A stretch of 25,303 bases of DNA from an uncultured delta proteobacterium (GTDB lineage: Bacteria > Myxococcota_A > Polyangia > Fen-1088). The translations under genes and the position numbers were made by a program. The notes beneath the pieces are model-generated. The model ran no database searches. It saw only the letters and a list, made by a program, of their open reading frames with translations, and was not told the origin of the DNA. The DNA is taken from contig CAWCMR010000023.1 in NCBI GenBank assembly GCA_963796685.1, positions 1 through 25,303 on the forward strand. The letters are read 5' to 3'. Positions 8,551 through 17,036 of this stretch are shown here, in pieces (the stretch's first letter is position 1; every line of letters begins with the position of its first letter).

Positions 8551-8709
8551 AGCACCGAACGGGTTGACTCCCGTCGTGAAATCGCGCATTTGTGTCGCGT
8601 CCCTGCGTTGCTCGTCGGTCAAATACGTCGAGTATTCTCCCTCCTCGCGCCTTGGGCCGCTCGCAACCGCGCAATTTCACTCGGTCCCTCAACCCGTTCG
8701 GTGCTCTAG
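8547..8709. mobile_element. MITE-like element with perfect terminal inverted repeats, CTAG at both ends
   Basis: CTAGAGCACCGAACGGGTTGA (8547-8567) is the exact reverse complement of 8689-8709. Internal imperfect IR GTGAAATCGCGC/GCGCAATTTCAC. No transposase. Confidence 0.85.
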
Positions 8710-8784
8710 TTCCTCCGCCCCCTGGGGCCTTCAGGTCCTTCGCGAAACTGCCGACGAGAGGGTGCTTGACAGAAAAGGAGGCCT

Positions 8785-9063
8785 CTAAGGAAGCCAGGAA
8801 ACCAGGAATGGGTGGTGTGGCCGTTGGGAACCAACAGGTCTAGCCGATGAAGCCCAACCTCACTGCCGCGATACAGGATCGGCACGGCTAGCTCGCGCCC
8901 CAAGCTCGAGGGCGAGGGTGCTCTCGTAGGCCTAAGTGCCTTGTGGACCTCGATCGCAGCGCTGATGACAGTGCCGGTTGGCTCCTCATGCTCGCGTCCC
9001 ATCTGCTTGTCCTGTTGGGAGTACTGCTTGTTCTCTTTCTTCCTGCCTTCCTGGCTTCCTCAG
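8785..9063. repeat. 24-bp imperfect inverted repeats enclosing the GxxExxY remnant
   Basis: 8785-8808 CTAAGGAAGCCAGGAAACCAGGAA versus the reverse complement of 9040-9063, CTGAGGAAGCCAGGAAGGCAGGAA (21/24 identical). Confidence 0.8.
8810..9002 (-). pseudogene. GxxExxY-family (PD-(D/E)XK-like) protein remnant
   Basis: EHEEPTGTVISAAIEVHKAL and ELAVPILYRGSEVGLHRLDLLV match the family. The GxxExxY segment between them and the C-terminal ELK half are missing. Confidence 0.75.
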
Positions 9064-9138
9064 ACGTTATCGGCCCTGGGCCTTAGAGGGTGCGTGGGCT
9101 GTTCCCAAAATCGGTTTGGCCCCCGACGACGCAGTTCA

Positions 9139-9167
9139 TTTACGCGGGTGCCACACCAAGGTACACT
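9139..9167 (+). promoter_or_regulatory. Putative sigma70-type promoter
   Basis: TTTACG-17 nt-TACACT immediately upstream of ATG 9172/9178. Confidence 0.45.
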
Positions 9168-9177
9168 AGGCATGGGT

Positions 9178-11865
9178 ATGTCGGACTTAGCGTTCAAGCG
9201 GCCTGCACGAGCTCTCGTGCTGGTGGTGGTATCGGCCTGGGCCGGTTGCGCGAAGCGCACGACCCAGCTTCTCTTGCCCACGGAGGAAACCGTGGCGGAT
9301 GGCGGGTCAGGGGTGACGCTCATCCTCGATGCGCGTCCGGGTCAGGGCGAAGCGGGGCCGGCGTTCAGCTATGACGGCGCGACGGGGTGCACCGGCACGC
9401 CCGAGCTGTGCAACGGCATCGACGACGATTGCGATGGCGTCATCGACAACGGATTCAACCTTCAGATCGACCCCTTGAACTGTGGCGCCTGCGGCATCGT
9501 GTGCAGTGCGCCGACGGCGGTCACGGCCTGCGTGGCCGGGCAGTGCACGATTTCGGCATGCACACCAGGCTACGTCGACGCCGACAAGAATCCGGTCAAC
9601 GGCTGCGAGTGCCTCCTGACCAACGGGGGCAAGGAGATTTGCGACGGGGCCGACAACGACTGCGACGGGGTCGTCGACAACGGGTTCGATCTGCAGAACG
9701 ACCCGAACAACTGCGGCGCGTGCGGGGTGGTCTGCGACGCGGCCAACGCGACACCCTTTTGTGCCAAAGGTGCGTGCGCGTTCACTTGCAAGCCCGGCTA
9801 CTACGACGCCGACAAGAAGGCGGGCGACGGCTGCGAGTACGCGTGCAACCCCACCGCCGACCCCGCCGAGATCTGCGACGGCCTCGACAACGATTGCAAC
9901 GGCCTCATCGACGCCGACGATCCCGGGCTGGTCTACACGCCCTCGGATCGAACCTGCTACAGCAGCGCGGCCGGATCCTGCCAGGCGGGGGTCACGACTT
10001 GCATTGCCGGCGCGCTCGTTTGCGTCGGCGCGGGACCGCCTTCCGAAGAGGTGTGCGACGGTCGCGACAACAACTGCAACGGCGTCATCGACGAGACCGA
10101 TCCCAATCTGGGCAAGACTTGCTACACCCCGGGGATGGCGGGTTGCGATCCTACGACCGGGGTGTGCGTCGGCGAGTGCAAGCTCGGCGCCTATGTTTGC
10201 ACCGCCGGCAAGCTCGTCTGCGGAGGTGTGGTCACGCCCCAGATCGAGGTCTGCGACGGCAAGGACAACGACTGCGACGGCGTCGTCGACAACGGCATCG
10301 ACACCGAGACCGATCCGAACAACTGCGGCGGCTGCGGTCACGCGTGCAGTCTTCCCAACGCGATTTCAGTGTGCGTCCAGGGTGTATGCGTCTTCGACCC
10401 CAAGAACCGCCAAGGGTCCTGCGCCCCCGGCTGGGTGGACGCGAACGGCAATCCCGCCGACGGCTGCGAATACCCGTGCACGCCGACCGGTCCCGAGGTG
10501 TGCGACGGAAAGGACAACGACTGCAACGGGCTGGTCGACACGACCGATCCCGGTTTGGTCTTTCCGTCCAACTTCTGCCTGCAGGTGGGCGAGTGCGGCA
10601 AAGGTCCGGGAGGAGCCACCCACGCGGGCTGGGAAGCCAGCGCGTCCTTCCCGGTGTGCACGGTTCCGGCCGGCGCGCCCTCGGGTACCGCGCCATCGTG
10701 GGTGTGCAACTATCCCGCGACGGTGCAGACCACGGCCACGGGACAGATCGTCGCCCAGGAGTCCTGGTGCGACGGGCTCGACAACGACTGCAACGGGGTG
10801 GTGGACGATCCGTACGCGAAGGTCATCGGTACCCCCTGCACCGATCCCAACAGCACCGCGCTGGGAGCGTGCGTGCGCACGGGCACCTGGCGCTGCCAGA
10901 GCGACAAGACCCTGGCCGCCGCCTGCGACTTCACCGGCGTGCCGGCTGCGGCGACACCCGCGGACGAGATCTGCGACGGCATCGACAACGACTGCGATGG
11001 CCTGGTCGACGAATCCTGGGACAACCCGCCCGGTCTCACCCAGTGCGGCGGCCACGATTGCCTGGGTGTGCGCGACGACGTCGTGCACGTCGATGCCTCG
11101 GGCGCGCCCGGCGGGAGCTACTACATCTACCGGTTCGAATCCACCCGGGCCGATGCCAATGCGACGTCGCAAGGCGCATCGAGCACACGGGCGTGCTCGC
11201 GCGGGCAGGACGCGCAAGGCGGCTTGGTCTTGCCGTGGAGCTCGGTGACCTGGAACCAGGCCGATGCTGCTTGCCGGGCCGCCGGCATGCGTTTGTGCAA
11301 GGTCACGCGCACAGGCGGCGCGGTCGTAACCGACGAATGGGGCTTCGCCTGTCAGGCAGGCCAGACCTGTGCCAGTGGCTTCTATCCCTATGGCTGCGCC
11401 TACAGCGCCGCGGCCTGCAACGGCTCGGACCTGAATCTCGGCAAGGCGGTCGCCTGCGGATCGCTTGCAACCTGTCTCACTACGGGCGCTCTCGACACCG
11501 CCAGCAGCAGCGATCATCTCTTCGACATGAGTGGCAACGTGGCCGAGTGGACCGACGATCGCCGAGACGTGCTCGATACCACGACCCAGTCGGCGGGCGC
11601 GGGTTCGGCCACCAGCATCTACACCGCGCGTGGCGGGGCCTTCGACAGCTTTTTCCGCGGCATGGCCTGCGACTTTACCGGGACCGAGCTGCACCCCACG
11701 TTTTCGTTCCCGGACACGGGCTTCCGCTGCTGCTCGTCGTGCCCGCCCGGCCAGGCGGATTGCTCGGGTGTGTGCAAGAACCTCGGGACCGACAGCGCGA
11801 GCTGCGGCGCCTGCGGGGTCGCCTGCGCCGCGGGCACCACTTGTCAGAACGGCGTCTGCAAGTAG
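9178..11865 (+). CDS. Cys-rich surface lipoprotein with MopE-type putative metal-binding repeats and a C-terminal FGE-sulfatase (SUMF1-like, C-type-lectin fold) domain
   Basis: Signal/lipobox ..VVVSAWAGC. Eight C[DN]GxD[DN][DN]C[DN]GxxD repeats and four Dxx[NS]CGxCGxxC repeats. C-terminal PWSSVTWNQADAAC, DEW, LFDMSGNVAEW, RGG and GFRCC. Start could be 9172. Confidence 0.85.
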   Translation: MSDLAFKRPARALVLVVVSAWAGCAKRTTQLLLPTEETVADGGSGVTLILDARPGQGEAGPAFSYDGATGCTGTPELCNGIDDDCDGVIDNGFNLQIDPLNCGACGIVCSAPTAVTACVAGQCTISACTPGYVDADKNPVNGCECLLTNGGKEICDGADNDCDGVVDNGFDLQNDPNNCGACGVVCDAANATPFCAKGACAFTCKPGYYDADKKAGDGCEYACNPTADPAEICDGLDNDCNGLIDADDPGLVYTPSDRTCYSSAAGSCQAGVTTCIAGALVCVGAGPPSEEVCDGRDNNCNGVIDETDPNLGKTCYTPGMAGCDPTTGVCVGECKLGAYVCTAGKLVCGGVVTPQIEVCDGKDNDCDGVVDNGIDTETDPNNCGGCGHACSLPNAISVCVQGVCVFDPKNRQGSCAPGWVDANGNPADGCEYPCTPTGPEVCDGKDNDCNGLVDTTDPGLVFPSNFCLQVGECGKGPGGATHAGWEASASFPVCTVPAGAPSGTAPSWVCNYPATVQTTATGQIVAQESWCDGLDNDCNGVVDDPYAKVIGTPCTDPNSTALGACVRTGTWRCQSDKTLAAACDFTGVPAAATPADEICDGIDNDCDGLVDESWDNPPGLTQCGGHDCLGVRDDVVHVDASGAPGGSYYIYRFESTRADANATSQGASSTRACSRGQDAQGGLVLPWSSVTWNQADAACRAAGMRLCKVTRTGGAVVTDEWGFACQAGQTCASGFYPYGCAYSAAACNGSDLNLGKAVACGSLATCLTTGALDTASSSDHLFDMSGNVAEWTDDRRDVLDTTTQSAGAGSATSIYTARGGAFDSFFRGMACDFTGTELHPTFSFPDTGFRCCSSCPPGQADCSGVCKNLGTDSASCGACGVACAAGTTCQNGVCK

Positions 11866-11866
11866 C

Positions 11867-12232
11867 CTAGCCGCGGACGAAGTGGGGCAGGGTTTCCGGC
11901 AGCACCATGCTCAATTCCACCACGCCGGAGAAGACCCCATCCTTGTACCAGGGGATCTGGTGGATGAGCTTGCGTACCCCGGATTTTTCGATGGTGTAGC
12001 TGTACGGAACCGGCGTCGTCAGTTGCGCTGCGAAGCGCGAGCGGGCTGGCTCCGGATGGCAATCGAGCAGGTTCTGCCCGACGAGCGCGCGACCGCCATC
12101 CTTGGCGAAGACCTGGGCTGCTCGCTCGTTCACGTACAGGCAGATACCATGGCGGTCGCAGACCGTGGCTGCCACCTCGATGCCATCGAGCCAGGCGAAA
12201 GGCGCATTTCCATTTGTGGAGGATAAAGTCAT
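11867..12232 (-). CDS. Stand-alone PAS-domain protein
   Basis: ATVCDRHGICLYVNERAAQVF...LVGQNLLDCHP...YTIEKSGVRKLIHQIPWYKDGVFSGVVE: a single PAS fold of 121 aa. Confidence 0.8.
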   Translation of the reverse strand: MTLSSTNGNAPFAWLDGIEVAATVCDRHGICLYVNERAAQVFAKDGGRALVGQNLLDCHPEPARSRFAAQLTTPVPYSYTIEKSGVRKLIHQIPWYKDGVFSGVVELSMVLPETLPHFVRG

Positions 12233-12254
12233 CCCGCATTTCTACAGCACTTCG

Positions 12255-12291
12255 AAAAAGAAAAGGGCGAACCCGGTCGGGTCCGCCCTTT
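12255..12291 (-). terminator. Intrinsic terminator downstream of the cytochrome gene
   Basis: Minus strand AAAGGGCGGACCC-gacc-GGGTTCGCCCTTT followed by TCTTTTT. Confidence 0.85.
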
Positions 12292-12336
12292 GAACCAGGA
12301 GCAGGAAGCGATGACCTGCCGCCGGCTATGACGGGA

Positions 12337-15309
12337 TTACATCTTGTGTACGTCGGCGATGGCCGCGACCGTGCCGGGGCCGTGGCAGAGCATGCACTGT
12401 TCGGTTTGCGCCTTGGCCGCCAGTCGCGTCCCGTAGTAGGTACCGCCCATTTGCTTCATGTGATCGATGTACGTGGGCGAGTTGTGACACGCGGAGCAGG
12501 CGGCGGTGATGGGCGAGGTGACGAGGGTGGAATCGGAGGCCTCGCAGGGCGCGTCTTGCGAGCACGCGCACGGGGCCGTGGCTGTGCAGGCAACTCCATT
12601 CACCGTTCCGGTTGTGACGGTGCCGCTGGTCAAATAGCCTGTTCCATAGCTCGTGACGTTGTCTGCAGTCACGTAGGGCGAGATGTTGATGGCTGGAGCC
12701 GCGTACGTCCCTGTGGCTTCCGTGGTCATCAGTAGGTTGGGCAGCGCGGCCGCCGAAGCGGTGGCGCTGAAGTCATAGGTTCCGGGCAGGTGGCACTGCT
12801 GGCAGTTCTTGAGGATGCCAGGGTAGGTGAGCTTGGCGTAGGAGTCGGCGTTGGCAATCGTGCACGTACCCGCCGCGTAGCTGGTTCCGGCCGGGCACGA
12901 CGCTTGCCAGGTGTAGGGTACCCCGCGCTCGGAGCCGCCGTGGATGCCGTGGATGAACGTCGATGAAGACGCCGACCAGCCGCCGTCGACCAGGTTCGGG
13001 TTGTGGCAGAAGGCACAGGTGCCGGCGTCGTTGCGCTGGTCGGCGTGGAAGCTCGGGTTGGCGCCGAGCTGCTCGTGACACTCGATGCACGTGCTGTTGC
13101 TCACGATGGCTCGGCGAGCGGTGTAGGCCTTTCCAGAGGTCGCATCGGTTGCCACCATGGAAACGTCAGGCGCCGCCATGATCAGACCTCCGCACACCTG
13201 ACCCGCCGCGCACCCCGGAACTTTCGTGGCATCGCCGTAGGGGAAGGCAGGCAGGTCGACTTCGGTGAGTGGCTGGGTCGAGGTCGTGCCATAGCTGTAG
13301 CCGACGCCACCCGTGAGCATGACCGCGCTGTCCGGAACCGTGGCGGCTAGGGTGATGGTGTAGTAGCCGTTCGCATCCGGACCGGTCATCGTACCCGTGC
13401 TGGCCGCGCTTCCGTTCCATATGCTCTTGATCCATGCGCTGACCGTCTTGTTGAAGTCCGCCGGCGCCTTGATGCCATCCTGGGGAAGCGCATAGGCAAA
13501 ATAGACGCTTGGCGAGTTGACGAATCCGTCCATCATCTCCGCGCTACCCGCGCCGCCGTCGATGCCGCCACCGCTGGCGTTGAAGACCACCGGGGTCGCA
13601 GCCGCTGGCGGGACTGCCTTCTGGAATTGGAAGACGATGCTCGGGTGCTTGCTGGCGTCCCGGCTGACGGACTTGATTGTGTACGTGATCTTGGCCGCTC
13701 CAGCGGGCGTGACTCCGGCAGCGGGCATCCACGCGGCGTTGGTGTGGGTTTGGCTGCCGCCGAAATTGGTCGCCGTCGGATCCGGGGTGGCAATCGCGAC
13801 GTGCGAATCGAGCACGCCGTAGATCGTCCCGTTGTTGGGTGCGGACGCCGGGTGGCAAGCCGTACAGAGCGAGTCGTCGGCCATGGGGCCACCTTTGTGG
13901 GCGATGCGGCCGGCGGGTATCGCTGCCACCGGGGCGAAGCTGACGTTGTCATGGCAAGAGCCGCAGGCGCGGCGGCTTGCCTTGGCCGAGAAATTGGCGG
14001 CCAGTGGAACGGTGTTGTGGCATTTGACGCAGTTGCGGATGTCCTGCGGGTAGGTGGTCTCGTACGGCTTGTCGACGCCGGTGTAGCTGCCACCCTGGAG
14101 CGTGAGGTCTTCGCCCATGTGGATCTTGTGGATGAAGACCGGCAGATTGACGAAAGCCTCTCTATTGACCAAGGTCGCGGCGCCGGCCCAAGCACCCGTG
14201 GTCGGGTCGACCACGCCGGGGGCGTCCAGGTCGACATTGGGGGTCGTGCCCGTGCCGGGAATGGCGGTGAAGCGGCGCTGATCGTTGTGGCAGGCCACGC
14301 AGGCCTTCACATCGTAGCGGGTGCCGCTGTGGAAGGCGCCGGTGCCGCCCGCCGGAGCGCGGAACGAGGCGTGGCAGTTGAGGCAAGAGGCGCCATTGAC
14401 TTTCTCTTGCGTGCCCGTCACGTCGGCTCCCGTCGCGGGGACGAAGTCCTTGACCACGTTGACCGGCGCGAAGGGGTTGCCGGATTCATAGACCAAGAGG
14501 ACCAAGCGGTGGACGGCGGCGGGATCGTAGGTGGTGCCGGCCGCGGCAGCATTGGTGATGATCTTGGCGAAGACGTAGGTATAAGACCCGTCGCCGTTGT
14601 CGGTCAACGCGCCGCTCGTTGCGGTGGCCACGGCAGCGGCAGTCTCGGTCCCGGCGGTGCTGGTGGCGTTGGCGGCCATGTAGCTGACCCAGGTGTCGTC
14701 GCCGCCCTTGACGGCGGGAACCAGCTTGAGCAGGGCGAAACGCATGTCGCCGGGCGGAAGGCCCGAGACACCGTCGCCCTGGGCCGTGGTCGCCTTGAGG
14801 GTCACGACAGGCTGACCGGTCGCGGCCACGGTCACGCCGGTGACCGCGACCTTGAGATCGAGGGCGGCCTTGTCCGCGGCGCTCATGTTGGCGTAGCTGG
14901 ACACGGCGGTCTTGATGGTCACGGTGACCAAGCCGCCGTCTCCGTTGGGGCAGGTCATGCTGCTGGTGCCGTCGCCGTTGGGGACCACGGTACACGAGGC
15001 GCCTGCGGTCGAGCCGGTGGTGGTCGGAAGCACGACCTCCGTTCCGTCTGGGCAGACGATCTTCTTCGCCCCACCGTCCGGAGACGAGATGGTGCAGGTG
15101 GTGGCGCCACCGTCGGACTTGGGAATGACGGCGGTGCCCAGCGGAGCGCTGGTACCATCGTCGCAAACCAAGGTGGATGCACCGCCGTCGTTGACGACGT
15201 GGCAGGATTGGCCGTTTTTGCCGTTCGAGCCGTTCGAGCCCGAACAGGCTACGAGACCAAGCGCGAGACCGGCGGGAATGAGACTACGCACAAAGAACCC
15301 TCGATTCAT
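12337..15309 (-). CDS. OmcA/MtrC-family decaheme c-type cytochrome lipoprotein
   Basis: AAGGAGAGG RBS, start MNRGFF, lipobox LVAC. Ten CxxCH motifs in 5+5 arrangement (CLNCH, CVACH, CVKCH, CGSCH, CTACH; CIECH, CAFCH, CQQCH, CSACH, CMLCH). Family motifs LTDNGDGSYTYVF, IHKIHMG, YPQDIRNC, RRAIV and IHGIH. Confidence 0.93.
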   Translation of the reverse strand: MNRGFFVRSLIPAGLALGLVACSGSNGSNGKNGQSCHVVNDGGASTLVCDDGTSAPLGTAVIPKSDGGATTCTISSPDGGAKKIVCPDGTEVVLPTTTGSTAGASCTVVPNGDGTSSMTCPNGDGGLVTVTIKTAVSSYANMSAADKAALDLKVAVTGVTVAATGQPVVTLKATTAQGDGVSGLPPGDMRFALLKLVPAVKGGDDTWVSYMAANATSTAGTETAAAVATATSGALTDNGDGSYTYVFAKIITNAAAAGTTYDPAAVHRLVLLVYESGNPFAPVNVVKDFVPATGADVTGTQEKVNGASCLNCHASFRAPAGGTGAFHSGTRYDVKACVACHNDQRRFTAIPGTGTTPNVDLDAPGVVDPTTGAWAGAATLVNREAFVNLPVFIHKIHMGEDLTLQGGSYTGVDKPYETTYPQDIRNCVKCHNTVPLAANFSAKASRRACGSCHDNVSFAPVAAIPAGRIAHKGGPMADDSLCTACHPASAPNNGTIYGVLDSHVAIATPDPTATNFGGSQTHTNAAWMPAAGVTPAGAAKITYTIKSVSRDASKHPSIVFQFQKAVPPAAATPVVFNASGGGIDGGAGSAEMMDGFVNSPSVYFAYALPQDGIKAPADFNKTVSAWIKSIWNGSAASTGTMTGPDANGYYTITLAATVPDSAVMLTGGVGYSYGTTSTQPLTEVDLPAFPYGDATKVPGCAAGQVCGGLIMAAPDVSMVATDATSGKAYTARRAIVSNSTCIECHEQLGANPSFHADQRNDAGTCAFCHNPNLVDGGWSASSSTFIHGIHGGSERGVPYTWQASCPAGTSYAAGTCTIANADSYAKLTYPGILKNCQQCHLPGTYDFSATASAAALPNLLMTTEATGTYAAPAINISPYVTADNVTSYGTGYLTSGTVTTGTVNGVACTATAPCACSQDAPCEASDSTLVTSPITAACSACHNSPTYIDHMKQMGGTYYGTRLAAKAQTEQCMLCHGPGTVAAIADVHKM

Positions 15310-15785
15310 GTTCCTCTCCTTGGCGAAGCAGTTGCCGACCCGAAAGTAGCATGCGAATGTGAAAGATGTAACGAATAACGACCTTTCAGGTCCGAAATAA
15401 CCCATTTGTTTTCCGTGTTCTTTCGGCAATCAACACGATAGAGCTTGTGGGGTACGAGGCCTTTCCGTCCCTCTGGCAATACAAAAAGACTCGGGCAGTC
15501 GGAGTGCGGCGAGAGCATAACTCCAAGTCAAGAACTTGCGACCGGAAATTATCGGGACAATGTGAAGGTAGAAACCCTCGGTGGATCCTGGTGGAAGTTG
15601 AATGCGGAAAGAAGATTGCGCCTGTCGTGGATTGGCCATGGCCGCCAGCGGCGCGCGGTTGTGGGGCGTCGCCCGCGCTGGCGGGGAGCGGGTGATGGCG
15701 GCCCTCAGGTCTATAAATAAGACCGAAATGGTAGACGCTGCTTACCCATGGACGCGCCGCGGGAGCGCCCCCGAGGTCCGCGTGC

Positions 15786-17036
15786 CTATGGGCAGGAGGA
15801 GGGGGTCCAGACGAGCGGCGTCGCGGCATCGCTGACGGTGATCGTCAGCGCCTTGGCGCTCGGCGTGACCGTCAGCTCGCCGGTGGCCGTGAGCGACTGC
15901 ACGATGGAGGTCGGCGGCACCGCGGAAAACTCGATCCGCCACGCTGCCGCACTGGTGGTGAAGTCGGGACTCGCCTGGACACGCAGGAAGTCCCCGGTCC
16001 AGGTTTGTGCCGTGGCGAAGGCCACATCGTGGTCCACGTTCCAACCGCGCAGAAAGGTGTAGACGAGAAGGGCACCGAATTGATCCGCGCTGTCCGTTGC
16101 GGCGGTCGGGTCGAGTGCGAGCGCCACGGGCGCGGGACACACGTCGCCAGTTCCCACAGGGGGTACGTGGCCGTCGTCGCCGACCAGGAAGCCGACGGTG
16201 CGGATGGGGGCCTTGGCATAGGCGTGACGAACGGCGGCGTTTCCGCCGGAGTCATAGGCCGTGGCCAGGTACTTCGCTCCAAGCCCATAGACCAGCAACT
16301 TGGCGGCGAACATGGGAGCGCCGGCCTGATCGAAATGCGAGTAGACGTAGTTGAGCTCGTAGTTCGGCATCTCGACCATGGCCGACTGGGGGTAACCGAG
16401 CGCCAGCAGTCCGTTCTCGAACAAATACTCGTAGAAGCGGGCATCGCCCTCGATCATGGAATCCCACGCGAGGTACCCGTCGGAGGTCGTGAAATCCTGC
16501 TTGCCGAGATCGAGCTCCCGGTCTTGAAGCGAGTGAACGAGCTCGTGCGCGAGCGTGATCATGGCCTGCTGCCGGTCGTCACTGCTGGTTTGGTTGGGAT
16601 GGGAGACGATGGTCACGGTCTTGGTCGGCGGGTCGTAATAGGCGTAGACGTGCGTGACCTGGTCGTCGATGGTCGAGTTGCTCGTGCCGCCATCTGCGCT
16701 CGCCCCGCCGTCGGCCGATGCCCCGGCGGCCGTCGTGAAATGCAGGAGCAGCAGCGCCTTGTCCCACGGGTTGGGGCCTGCTTTCGCCTGGTCCGCTTGT
16801 TCCTTTTCGAGGATGGTTCGGTAGTCGTTTTCCGAAATGACGGTCACGGGCGGCAGGCCATCGAAGGGATCGGTCGCGTCGCCACGCAGGCTCAGGACCT
16901 TGTAGTAGATCTCTTGCTGGCACGAGCGCTGGGTAATGTCGCACGTCGTGAGGCTGGGCTGGGAGCAGGCAAGCCCGGTGCTCGCGGCGAGCAGGGCGAG
17001 GCAGGGCAGGCCGGGCCGGCGAGGGTGGCGCTTCAT
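15786..17036 (-). CDS. Lipoprotein with gluzincin-like zinc-metallopeptidase motif
   Basis: Start MKRHPRR at 17036 (ATGA overlap with the upstream gene), lipobox GLAC, AYYDP, LAHELVHSLQD (HExxH) and downstream IEGDA (third ligand Glu). Confidence 0.8.
   Translation of the reverse strand: MKRHPRRPGLPCLALLAASTGLACSQPSLTTCDITQRSCQQEIYYKVLSLRGDATDPFDGLPPVTVISENDYRTILEKEQADQAKAGPNPWDKALLLLHFTTAAGASADGGASADGGTSNSTIDDQVTHVYAYYDPPTKTVTIVSHPNQTSSDDRQQAMITLAHELVHSLQDRELDLGKQDFTTSDGYLAWDSMIEGDARFYEYLFENGLLALGYPQSAMVEMPNYELNYVYSHFDQAGAPMFAAKLLVYGLGAKYLATAYDSGGNAAVRHAYAKAPIRTVGFLVGDDGHVPPVGTGDVCPAPVALALDPTAATDSADQFGALLVYTFLRGWNVDHDVAFATAQTWTGDFLRVQASPDFTTSAAAWRIEFSAVPPTSIVQSLTATGELTVTPSAKALTITVSDAATPLVWTPSSCP

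Noticed and set aside
11520-11735. DGR variable region in the FGE-type domain
   Set aside because: No template repeat or reverse transcriptase in the window.
9307-15378. Long antisense or alternate-frame ORFs (e.g. 9387-11870, 10366-11694, 13627-15378)
   Set aside because: Shadow ORFs expected in high-GC coding DNA; Arg/Gly-rich with no recognisable motifs.
15420-15475. c-di-GMP-I (GEMM) riboswitch before the cytochrome (GGGACGGAAAG...TTGCCGAA on the minus strand)
   Set aside because: The 5' GGCAAA/GNRA P1 arm is absent and P2 does not pair convincingly by eye. An Infernal scan would settle it.
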